This document shows, one piece after another, positions 56,215-64,000 of a stretch of DNA of 64,000 bases; the stretch's first letter is position 1; each line of letters opens with the position of its first letter. The notes under the pieces were generated by a model that did no database searches, was not told where the DNA came from, and saw only the letters and a list, made by a program, of their open reading frames with translations. The translations under genes and the position numbers were made by a program. The stretch is from a virus (taxonomy: Duplodnaviria; Heunggongvirae; Uroviricota; Caudoviricetes), in IMG/VR virus record IMGVR_UViG_3300021400_002728, positions 37,154 through 101,153 of that record; one strand, 5' to 3'.

Positions 56215-57549
56215 TTAGAAGTCATCATTAGAGTCTTCATCTGACTTAGCAACAGGTGCGTAAGCAGTATAGCTTACATCATTTCCGTCACCAAAATCAG
56301 CATCTTCTTTTTCAGGCTTAGGCTCATCTGTAGTCTCTTCTTTTGTTTCGTCCTTCTTTTCATTAGGAACATCATCTTCATTCTCAGGCTTGAGTTTGTT
56401 GATAGAATCTTCAACACCTTTTTCTGCTTCGAGAATTGACTTAAGATCTTCTTCATCGATAAGAGAAATATCCTTACCAGTCTTATTGATGTATGCAGAA
56501 ACGGCTTTCTCATATTCAGCTCTGAATGCAGGATGTGTCTTGATATAATCAACCATCTTACCCTTACCTGCGAACTGAAGTTCTTTACCATCTTCATCTT
56601 TATACATCTCGTCAGTACCAGGCTTTACAAGTGCCCATGTAACTGTCGAAAGTCTCTTAGCGATTTCATACTTAGTAATGATTTCGATAAGGTCAGTAAG
56701 TGTATCAAGTCCAGTTTCAAATCTGAAAATGATCTTTGCACCATTACGGTTAAGAGCACCAAGTCTGTTCTTTGTAACGGAAAATGTTGCTACAATACCA
56801 TCAGTCTCAGCATCAGTCTGTGAAGCTGAAAGATCGAGGTTATCTCCCTTTGTGAACTTACGATTTGCGAATCTTACCTTGATACAAGGATAGAAATTAA
56901 GTGCATATCCACAAGGCTCAGTATAGATCTTAGCACCAGTAAATGTAGTACCAGCTACACGAGTGTGGTTAATGATAAGAAGAGTGTTTCCAGCCTTTGC
57001 GATAGCAGGAACCATAAACTTGAGGAACTTACCCATTGATTTAGCAATGGAAGCTCTCTGACCATTGTCCTTAGTGATGTCATTATCAATATCAGCCTGT
57101 GAAAGTAACATAGGAGCTGAGTCAATAATAATCATACCAATGTTATCTGCTTCCTGAATTTTGATGATATCTGAGAAGATTTCCTCTGCAGATTTACCAG
57201 AGCAATCATATCTCATAAACTTGTTAGGATCAAGATCCAAACCAGTCATCTTACAGAACCATTCCACCTGACCAACAAGGGTCTCCTCTGCATCTACATA
57301 TACACAAGTTCTGTCAGGATGCTTTTTCTGATACTGTGCCATTGCTAAGCATGCAAGTAATGACTTACAAGATCCAGATTCTCCGGCATATACTACCAGT
57401 TTTCCTTCAGGAAGTCCACCATACAATGCATAGTCTGCTGACATTGTACCCATTGAAAATCTTGCACATTCAGGAATTACATCTCCTGGTGTAAGAACTT
57501 CAGATTTCCACGCTTTGTTAATTTGTTTTGCGATTTCTAAAACATTCAT
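56215..57549 (-). CDS. RecA/UvsX/RadA-family recombinase
   Basis: Walker A VVYAGESGSCKS, Walker B MIIIDSAPML; acidic C-terminal tail ...DEDSNDDF. Confidence 0.8.
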   Translation of the reverse strand: MNVLEIAKQINKAWKSEVLTPGDVIPECARFSMGTMSADYALYGGLPEGKLVVYAGESGSCKSLLACLAMAQYQKKHPDRTCVYVDAEETLVGQVEWFCKMTGLDLDPNKFMRYDCSGKSAEEIFSDIIKIQEADNIGMIIIDSAPMLLSQADIDNDITKDNGQRASIAKSMGKFLKFMVPAIAKAGNTLLIINHTRVAGTTFTGAKIYTEPCGYALNFYPCIKVRFANRKFTKGDNLDLSASQTDAETDGIVATFSVTKNRLGALNRNGAKIIFRFETGLDTLTDLIEIITKYEIAKRLSTVTWALVKPGTDEMYKDEDGKELQFAGKGKMVDYIKTHPAFRAEYEKAVSAYINKTGKDISLIDEEDLKSILEAEKGVEDSINKLKPENEDDVPNEKKDETKEETTDEPKPEKEDADFGDGNDVSYTAYAPVAKSDEDSNDDF

Positions 57550-57592
57550 TTTTCTTTTACTCCTTTAATTTTATATCTTACAATTTATATTG

Positions 57593-57916
57593 TTACCCGA
57601 TTCCAAAGTTACTAGCGTGCGTTAACTCAGGCGGGGTATCAATCTTTTCATAACCGCACTTTTGTTCATTCCACTTATAAACAACTCTAGCTAAGTCTAC
57701 GGTTAAAATACCCGGTTCCATTTCCTCGATAATGGCATAATCATAAATACCATCTCTCATGTCGCTGAAGTTGTTCTCTACTGCGCAGTTAGCTTCATCA
57801 AAACAGTCAAACCAGCCCACACATCTACGTTCACCAAAATCGTAGATATGCTGACTGGCTAGAGAAGTGTTATGACTGATTTTCTGAAACACCGTCACGG
57901 TATAGATTCTCTCCAT
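57593..57916 (-). CDS. Hypothetical protein, GC-richer; overlaps end of upstream gene by 47 nt with its SD (AAAGGAG) inside that gene
   Basis: ORF track plus SD check. Confidence 0.4.
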   Translation of the reverse strand: MERIYTVTVFQKISHNTSLASQHIYDFGERRCVGWFDCFDEANCAVENNFSDMRDGIYDYAIIEEMEPGILTVDLARVVYKWNEQKCGYEKIDTPPELTHASNFGIG

Positions 57917-58403
57917 CCTCTCTAACTCCTTTCAGTTTATTTTCAGCGTTTTTACTAATAAGGACGTTAGAAAGAATATTCACAATTCGGTGAGCTTCAT
58001 CCAACTTTGATTTCATGTTATTGGCTACTGCACTCTGAATCATTGCTACAACTTGCTTATCCATTGACTCAATTACTGCCTGATTGCTTCGAACTGCCTG
58101 GGTTCCTGCTGTGCCGTTAAATATATCGGCCTGTGCACCTTTCGATAATGCTATTGCACATTCTTGCATAAGCAGTGACATGTCCTTGCGTTCAGCAAAG
58201 TAATATAACTCAACAGAGAGCTGCAGCATATAATCCTGCAACTCCTTATTAGTCAAAGTAGTTAAATTTTTCTTGATCTTGTCAATAATAGAGTCGATCT
58301 CTTTTGTATTTCTGTCAACAGTTTCCTTTACAATTGGCTTAAGCGCGTTGTAGACTTCTGATACTTCCTTTTTCGCAGCATTTACCTTGTTAATATCTAC
58401 CAT
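57870..58403 (-). CDS. Hypothetical coiled-coil protein
   Basis: ORF track. Confidence 0.5.
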   Translation of the reverse strand: MVDINKVNAAKKEVSEVYNALKPIVKETVDRNTKEIDSIIDKIKKNLTTLTNKELQDYMLQLSVELYYFAERKDMSLLMQECAIALSKGAQADIFNGTAGTQAVRSNQAVIESMDKQVVAMIQSAVANNMKSKLDEAHRIVNILSNVLISKNAENKLKGVREDGENLYRDGVSENQS

Positions 58404-58900
58404 TACATACTCCTTACATTTTCCTCTTTCGAGGGCTTATTATATCTTACATTTTGAAATTCAGAAAACTGAATAACATTCTGATCATTATGAGACCTAA
58501 ATGAATTAGAAATTTCCATCATTCTTTTAAAGTTCTCGTCTCTACGCTGTTGTTTTTTAGCAAGTTCTTTCATTTCTCTTTTGTACTCAGCATACGTAGC
58601 AGCATTCTTAAGTCCATACCAATTAAAATCCCAGATACACCAAATATGCTCATGTGCTTTTACTAGATACTTAACTGTAAACATTTCACTAAGCATTGAT
58701 GATACTAATAAACCTAAGCAAACTATACAGCCGATAAATGAATTATTTCCATAAGGTTCTGGTGCATCAACTCCAGAAGCACAGAAAACAAATCCAATAA
58801 GGCCTATTGCCAAGCTTACAATCTTAAAAAATGAAAGTACAACAACTGTGTTACTTCTAACTTTTGTTAAAAATTCCTTTGTAAAAACCTGTTCCAACAT
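58403..58900 (-). CDS. Hypothetical two-TM membrane protein
   Basis: ORF track. Confidence 0.5.
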   Translation of the reverse strand: MLEQVFTKEFLTKVRSNTVVVLSFFKIVSLAIGLIGFVFCASGVDAPEPYGNNSFIGCIVCLGLLVSSMLSEMFTVKYLVKAHEHIWCIWDFNWYGLKNAATYAEYKREMKELAKKQQRRDENFKRMMEISNSFRSHNDQNVIQFSEFQNVRYNKPSKEENVRSM

Positions 58901-58930
58901 GATAAATACCTCCTTAATATTTATAGTTAT

Positions 58931-58966
58931 ATTATATCAAGGAGGTATTAAATTGTAAATAGTTTT
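58931..58966 (-). promoter_or_regulatory. Promoter P-r: AAAACTATTTACA -N17- TGaTATAAT; spacer contains AATACCTCCTT complementary to downstream SD AAGGAGGTATT
   Basis: Family member. Confidence 0.6.
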
Positions 58967-58988
58967 ATATTAAAAACTAACAAAATTA

Positions 58989-59915
58989 TTAACGTCCAGG
59001 ACGCTTATTTGTATTAGTTATTGTATTATCTGACTTATCCTTGACATCATCTTCAATAGTCTCTTCTTCAACTACTGGTACATCAGTATCTCCAGTATCT
59101 TCAACCTCATCAGTATATAATGCATCATCTTCTGTATTATACATTGAGGTAAATACATTCATGATATAATCTTCATAGTTACCTGCTTCAGCCTCTTTTA
59201 CATCATCAGGAATTACTACAGGATTTGTATCAAGAGTCATGAATAAATAACCAGCCTTACCAAATTCAGTTGCATCATCTATCTTTGAACCTGCAGCAAT
59301 AAAGTTAAGATCTTTATCAAAGTAATAGGTTACAGTAGTCTGCTCATACTCATCACCATCTTCATATGTAGCTGCAATATATTCAGTACCATTAAGTGTC
59401 TTAAGCTCGATTACTGTATTTTCAGGGAAAGTCTGATCCTTAATAGAATCTACATCATCAGTAACTTCAAGGCTTCCATCATCAGTAGTATATTCATCAA
59501 CAAACCACTGTTCCTTTACTGTATCATAATAATAAATTGTATCATCAACTAAGTATGCTTCAATAAAATTAGCTACATACGTATAAGATACAGTATCACC
59601 TTTAGCCATTACCATATAAATGTCATCATCAGTATAAGCGTCAGCTTTAGCAGATATATACATCTTCATAGAAAAATTCTGGCTATCCTCAAACTGAGTC
59701 TGTATAGCGGCCGAAAGATCTGCAATGTTTGGAAGATCATTACTTTCAGCAGGAGTAGGCTCTTCAGTAGGTTCTACATCCTCTGCTACGACTTCCTGTT
59801 TAGTAAGCTGATCTGCTGCCTGCTTACCATCCTTGTCAGTCTCAGTTTTTCCACAGGCGGCAAGCATTGATACGCATGAAAGAACTAAAAGTGCACCAAT
59901 AAGTTTCTTTTTCAT
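58989..59915 (-). CDS. Secreted acidic lipoprotein
   Basis: MKKKLIGALLVLSCVSMLAAC lipobox; Asp/Glu/Thr-rich. Confidence 0.6.
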   Translation of the reverse strand: MKKKLIGALLVLSCVSMLAACGKTETDKDGKQAADQLTKQEVVAEDVEPTEEPTPAESNDLPNIADLSAAIQTQFEDSQNFSMKMYISAKADAYTDDDIYMVMAKGDTVSYTYVANFIEAYLVDDTIYYYDTVKEQWFVDEYTTDDGSLEVTDDVDSIKDQTFPENTVIELKTLNGTEYIAATYEDGDEYEQTTVTYYFDKDLNFIAAGSKIDDATEFGKAGYLFMTLDTNPVVIPDDVKEAEAGNYEDYIMNVFTSMYNTEDDALYTDEVEDTGDTDVPVVEEETIEDDVKDKSDNTITNTNKRPGR

Positions 59916-59991
59916 AATTTCTCCTTTATGTAACGAATGTTTTGCAATTTATATTCAAACGGACTTATTTCCGTAGAATATTCAATAAAAA

Positions 59992-60022
59992 TTGGAGCTA
60001 TATAATGACTATATAACTCCAA
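59992..60022 (-). terminator. Hairpin TTGGAG-cTATATA...TATATAa-CTCCAA followed by UUUUUAUU on minus RNA; terminator 6 nt after stop of 60029..60616
   Basis: Seen in sequence. Confidence 0.55.
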
Positions 60023-60028
60023 CTTAAA

Positions 60029-60616
60029 TTACTTAGATGATTTCTTGCTAGAAGACTTCTTAGTTGTAGATGACTTCTTAGATGTAGACTTGCTAGCAGT
60101 AGATTTACTTGCAGACTTAGAAGTAGACTTGCTAGAAGACTTCTTTGCAGGTGCCTTTTTAGGTGTTGCTGCGGTCTCTGTAGCAGGATTAACTGTCTTT
60201 TTCTTGACAGTAGACTTAGTACGAGGGAAAACTTCCATAATCAACTTCATATCTTCCTGATATACTTTATTGCCAAACACATACTTAAGAGCTGCGATAG
60301 CAAGACCTTTCTCATAATCAAATACATCATCTGGACCGCATTTAGCAGTAGTCTTTGTTCCATCTTTCCAGAAGATAACAACTGCGGAATCCTGACAAAT
60401 TACATTGTCAATGAAATCTGTAAGCTTAGGCTCATAATGTTTAGATTTGCAACATGCAGAACATTCCTTAGCAGTCTCAGCCACTTTCTTAGCAGTCTTC
60501 TCAGCGGTTTTGCCTACAGTCTTTCCTACCTGAACTACTCGTACAGGAACACCAGAAAGCATACTCACCAGACTGCCAATTGCTTCATTGAACATTTCTT
60601 CTTCTCTTTTAGACAT
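60029..60616 (-). CDS. Hypothetical protein with Lys/Ser-rich low-complexity C-terminal tail (start moved to MSKREEEMF)
   Basis: Track start overlaps upstream lipoprotein gene; tail ...KKAPAKKSSSKSTSKSASKSTASKSTSKKSSTTKKSSSKKSSK. Confidence 0.5.
   Translation of the reverse strand: MSKREEEMFNEAIGSLVSMLSGVPVRVVQVGKTVGKTAEKTAKKVAETAKECSACCKSKHYEPKLTDFIDNVICQDSAVVIFWKDGTKTTAKCGPDDVFDYEKGLAIAALKYVFGNKVYQEDMKLIMEVFPRTKSTVKKKTVNPATETAATPKKAPAKKSSSKSTSKSASKSTASKSTSKKSSTTKKSSSKKSSK
60045..60170. repeat. Low-complexity tandem repeats (AGACTTGCTAGAAGACTTCTT-like units) encoding the K/S-rich tail of 60029..60616
   Basis: Seen in sequence. Confidence 0.5.
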
Positions 60617-60656
60617 TTTCGTACCTCTTTTCTTAAAGATTTGAACATCTGTATAA

Positions 60657-60669
60657 TTAAATAGCTCTT
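60657..60669 (-). promoter_or_regulatory. Conserved element 2 (AAGAGCTATTTAAT) 2 nt after stop of 60672..60944, about 45 nt upstream of ATG at 60616
   Basis: See element-2 family. Confidence 0.3.
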
Positions 60670-60671
60670 CA

Positions 60672-60944
60672 TTAACGATCTTCAGGATGTGAATCAACCA
60701 TAATGGTTCCGTCTGAATTATATCTTACAGTAATACCACAACCTTCATATCCATCATATAGCAAATAATGAACACCAGTCTCAGGATCTACATAATCTGA
60801 AATTTCATCATTTGCATAATATGTGAGCTTACTATAATAATCTGCGTCATTCCAAGTCTTTTCTTCAGATACACCACATCCAGTTAAAACACCTGCTACA
60901 ACTGCGATACTAGCCGCTGCAATAAGAACTTTAGATTTATTCAT
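60672..60944 (-). CDS. Small secreted lipoprotein
   Basis: MNKSKVLIAAASIAVVAGVLTGC lipobox. Confidence 0.55.
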   Translation of the reverse strand: MNKSKVLIAAASIAVVAGVLTGCGVSEEKTWNDADYYSKLTYYANDEISDYVDPETGVHYLLYDGYEGCGITVRYNSDGTIMVDSHPEDR

Positions 60945-60968
60945 ACTTTCTCCTTATCATAGCCTAAA

Positions 60969-60998
60969 CTGATATAGAGATTTATTTCTCTATATCAG
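60969..60998 (-). promoter_or_regulatory. Perfect 12-bp inverted repeat CTGATATAGAGA-N6-TCTCTATATCAG in the 5' UTR of the lipoprotein gene (between P-s -10 and SD)
   Basis: Seen in sequence. Confidence 0.45.
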
Positions 60999-61016
60999 CT
61001 TATGCATTATTATGTT

Positions 61017-61052
61017 ATTTTAACACAATATATTTATTTTGTAAATAGTTTT
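61017..61052 (-). promoter_or_regulatory. Promoter P-s: AAAAAACTATTTACA -N17- TGtTAAAAT
   Basis: Family member. Confidence 0.55.
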
Positions 61053-64000
61053 TTAGAAATCGTCTATAGTATATGATAATGTAGTAGATTGAACTGCCCC
61101 ACTTACTGGATTAGTATATGTAATAGTACAAGTATAAGTTCCATTAGATGTAACTTCAATACTTTGTGAAGTTGAACCAGTATTCCAACTATATGTACTA
61201 TTTGATACAGATGAATTTATTGATAATGTAGCTTTGTTAACACCAGTAGTTACTCTACTCATAGATACATTAACTTCTACATCATTTTCAGAATAACCAC
61301 AACCAATTCTTGGAACCATTTCAGTATAAGACTCTACGTGTGAAATAGTTCTACTTGAGAAATTACTTGGGTTATTCATATCTTGATCAAATGTACTAGG
61401 TGAAGAATATGTAGCAACAGTAGTCATTCTATTTTCTAATCTACCATCAGGTGAAAGTCCACCAGTAGACGGATCTATCGACCAACTACCGCTCATAATA
61501 ATTGGATTTTCGATTCTATCTGGTGCTCCATTAACAAAAATAGATACATTAGTATGCTCATTGAAGATACCATTCTCATGCATCTGACAATGACTTGAAG
61601 ATCCTTTAGCTTGAATAAATACTACCCAGTCTTCATTCCAGTTACGTAATATACCGTCAGTTTTATGATATGGTGTATAAGGTAAACACTGATGTATACA
61701 TACTTCATCAATTATTTCTGGTACTAACACATAACAAGAATCAGTATGTACATGCTTTACTTCATACATTGGTATAGCATTTACTACATGATGTACAGAT
61801 TCAAGAATATTATTACATCTATCACACTTAGTAACTACATCATAAGACCCTCTTGAACTTGGACTAGGTGAAATATTATTCTGAATTGAAATTACATTAT
61901 GGTGTCCTAATGCATTAGTATAACTATCTACATATGAATCACCACATCTTGAACAAGTATGTGTTGTATAACCTTGTTTTACACAAGTAGGATTAGTAAC
62001 TACATTATTATAATCATGTCCAAGTGCAGCAATATCTTCTATCTTAGTTCTTCCACAATACTCACAAGTATAAGCAGTCGATCCACTTTCAAGACAAGTA
62101 GCAGTTTTAATAACTCTACCAGTTGACCATTTATGCTCTACAGCAGGAACTTCATTAATAATTGATCTATCTCCACATCTAGAACATACATGTTCAGTAT
62201 ATCCAGCATGTTCACAAGTGGCTTTAATTATAGTATCATGATAATCGTGTCCTAAAGCAGGCACTTCAATTTTCTCATCGTTAGATACAGTTTTACAATA
62301 AGTACAATAAGTAATCTTATGGTAATAACCAGGTGTGTCACAAGTAGGCGCCTCTTCTGCTTTTTCTATTGTATACTCAGTAAACTTACAGCCACCTTGC
62401 TCATCATAGAAAATAGCCTTATCTAAAGCTTTTAATGTATCTACTAATTCAATAAATGACATATCACTAGTAACCGTGAGTCCTGCTCTTGAAAGAGCTT
62501 CACTCTGTGTCGCTATAGCGGTTACTAGCTTTTGTTTACCTATAGCTACACATTGAAAATTTTCATCTAACTGCTGATGATAAATATTTAGTTCAGTTTG
62601 ATATTGAGTAAGTAGTGCTAAGATTTCTTGATCATTATCATAATTATTCTGAGCCAATAACTCATACTGCTGTTCAAGTGTTAAGTTTATATTATTAAAC
62701 TTAGTATCAAAATTTGTACCATTTGTAGTTAACTGACCATTTAATCCTTCAAATTGACTAGCAATAATATTATTTTGATTAGCAATATTAGTATCTACGT
62801 TAGATGTAAGTGTCTGACTCATAGTGTCCATCTTATTAGAAAGTCGCTCATTACACTGTTCTACTTGATTACCTAAATTAGTAAATGATAAAGAAATATT
62901 ATTAGATAAATTACCAATAAGTTCAGCATAATCATTCTGCATAGCAGTTAAGCTATTTACTAAACTTGCTTTATTTGTAGAATTTACATTAATTAAGTTA
63001 TCCTGGACACTAGTAAGCTTAGTAATTGTTGCATTATACTCTTCAGCATTCTGAAGAGATAAATTAACAATTAGTGTATTAATGTCATTTAAAGTCGTAT
63101 CAAAATGAATAGTAATATTTGTAAGAGTAGTCTGTAAGTTATCAAATCTATCTTGAATATCAGCTAATTCATTCTCATTTAATGTATTAAGAAGATCTGT
63201 AATCTCAGTTTTAGCACTAGATACATCAGATGAAATATCATCTAAGCTACCTAAAATCTCAGTTTTAGATCCTTCTATTGCTTGATTTATTGCTTCAAAA
63301 TTAGTTGTTAATGTATTATTAAGGTTAGTATCAAATTCATTAATATGATTAGTTAATGCAACCTGAAACTCAGTCAGCTGATTCTGTGTAGCAATACTTT
63401 GTTCAGTCATAGCTGTTTCTAAAGCATCAAAATTAGTTTCAAGTGTAGTTAAACTTTCATTAAGATTATCATATCCTGCCTGAAAATCTTCTAACTGACC
63501 TTCATGTGTTTGTTCTACAAAATCGATAATATCCTGTGTAGAATTTAAAAGTTGTGTAGATAAATCATTAATATCAGTAGTAATTGATGATGTAGAATCA
63601 TCTACATTTGTGTTTAATGTATCAAAACACTCTTCTATATAAGCTCTTTCAGTTTCATCTGTTTCTTTAAGATACTCATCGAGTTTATCAGAAAATGTTT
63701 TAATATTTTTAGTAACGTCTTCATATTGTTTTTTACTATCTTCTTGAAGAGTATTTACTTCTGAATTTACATTATTCAATTTTTCAATAATTGCAGTGTA
63801 CTTATTAAGTGAATCAGCATTCTGAGTCTCATTTATAACTTCCATAGTTAATGCTAATGCTGCTTTAGTCTCAGTAATCTGTTTCGAAAGTTCACTTGTA
63901 TCTACAGTAATATTATTTACTGTAGTATTTATATTTTGGTGTAAGTCGTTAAAACTAGTTGAAATTGAATCATCTTGTTTAGTGATATTTGTATCAACAT
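61053..64000 (-). CDS. Giant (>980 aa, N-terminus beyond window) coiled-coil protein with tandem Cys-rich modules (C-x-x-x-G-Y-T-x-H-x-C-x-x-C-G) and C-terminal beta-rich Ser/Thr domain; putative virion fibre/surface protein
   Basis: Track ORF 61053..63845 has no in-frame stop upstream to position 64000 (own translation continues ...VDTNITKQDDSISTSFNDLHQNINTTV...TMEVINETQ); at least 5 Cys modules; N/T/S-rich. Confidence 0.65.
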   Translation of the reverse strand, partial: VDTNITKQDDSISTSFNDLHQNINTTVNNITVDTSELSKQITETKAALALTMEVINETQNADSLNKYTAIIEKLNNVNSEVNTLQEDSKKQYEDVTKNIKTFSDKLDEYLKETDETERAYIEECFDTLNTNVDDSTSSITTDINDLSTQLLNSTQDIIDFVEQTHEGQLEDFQAGYDNLNESLTTLETNFDALETAMTEQSIATQNQLTEFQVALTNHINEFDTNLNNTLTTNFEAINQAIEGSKTEILGSLDDISSDVSSAKTEITDLLNTLNENELADIQDRFDNLQTTLTNITIHFDTTLNDINTLIVNLSLQNAEEYNATITKLTSVQDNLINVNSTNKASLVNSLTAMQNDYAELIGNLSNNISLSFTNLGNQVEQCNERLSNKMDTMSQTLTSNVDTNIANQNNIIASQFEGLNGQLTTNGTNFDTKFNNINLTLEQQYELLAQNNYDNDQEILALLTQYQTELNIYHQQLDENFQCVAIGKQKLVTAIATQSEALSRAGLTVTSDMSFIELVDTLKALDKAIFYDEQGGCKFTEYTIEKAEEAPTCDTPGYYHKITYCTYCKTVSNDEKIEVPALGHDYHDTIIKATCEHAGYTEHVCSRCGDRSIINEVPAVEHKWSTGRVIKTATCLESGSTAYTCEYCGRTKIEDIAALGHDYNNVVTNPTCVKQGYTTHTCSRCGDSYVDSYTNALGHHNVISIQNNISPSPSSRGSYDVVTKCDRCNNILESVHHVVNAIPMYEVKHVHTDSCYVLVPEIIDEVCIHQCLPYTPYHKTDGILRNWNEDWVVFIQAKGSSSHCQMHENGIFNEHTNVSIFVNGAPDRIENPIIMSGSWSIDPSTGGLSPDGRLENRMTTVATYSSPSTFDQDMNNPSNFSSRTISHVESYTEMVPRIGCGYSENDVEVNVSMSRVTTGVNKATLSINSSVSNSTYSWNTGSTSQSIEVTSNGTYTCTITYTNPVSGAVQSTTLSYTIDDF

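Noticed and set aside
1-64000. tRNA genes, CRISPR arrays, integrase/att sites, transposases
   Set aside because: Scanned the intergenic regions and found no cloverleaf-like GTTC/TTC-containing 70-90 nt segments and no spaced direct-repeat arrays. No recombinase-like ORFs were seen other than the RecA-family protein.

Overview
This window is AT-rich (roughly one-third GC), very gene-dense, and every credible gene is on the minus strand; all plus-strand ORFs in the track lie antisense inside minus-strand genes and look spurious. The content reads as the early/middle (host-takeover, replication, nucleotide-metabolism) region of a large virulent phage of a low-GC Gram-positive host, judged from AGGAG-type ribosome-binding sites, sigmaA-like promoters and many lipobox lipoproteins. 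All functional calls below are from motifs read by eye, not database searches.

Recognisable genes:
- Type II topoisomerase A and B subunits.
- Guanylate-kinase-like kinase and a CX5R protein phosphatase.
- An FtsH AAA+/zinc protease plus HflK/HflC-like SPFH proteins.
- A secreted serpin lipoprotein.
- RNase H1 with a hybrid-binding domain, and an HD hydrolase.
- A 6-TM GGDEF diguanylate cyclase.
- A glycosylation cassette: GtrA-like small membrane protein, SAM methyltransferase, GT2, and a GT-C-like polytopic membrane protein.
- A compact multisubunit RNA polymerase: beta of 750 aa, and beta-prime split into 411 aa and 323 aa pieces.
- A trifunctional Pnkp-type RNA repair enzyme (kinase-phosphatase-ligase).
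- An extended NAD+ salvage island: PncA, NMN/NaMN adenylyltransferase, NadE, NRK-like kinase, a TrpF-like isomerase, and PncB.
- Pif1/RecD-like helicase, DnaG-like primase, DnaB-like helicase, DnaC-like loader, DnaD-like initiator, RecA/UvsX-like recombinase.
- Lar-like restriction alleviation protein, a SLOG/YspA-like protein, L,D-transpeptidase and 3D-domain cell-wall enzymes, a BspA-type LRR membrane protein, and a giant (>980 aa, truncated) coiled-coil/Cys-repeat protein.

Noncoding structure:
- 18 near-identical promoters, AAAACTATTTACA-N17-(TG)TATAAT, all reading the minus strand.
- A second conserved element, AAGAGCTATTTAAT, sits right after stop codons at four sites.
- About ten hairpin terminators.

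No tRNA, CRISPR array, integrase or transposase was seen.
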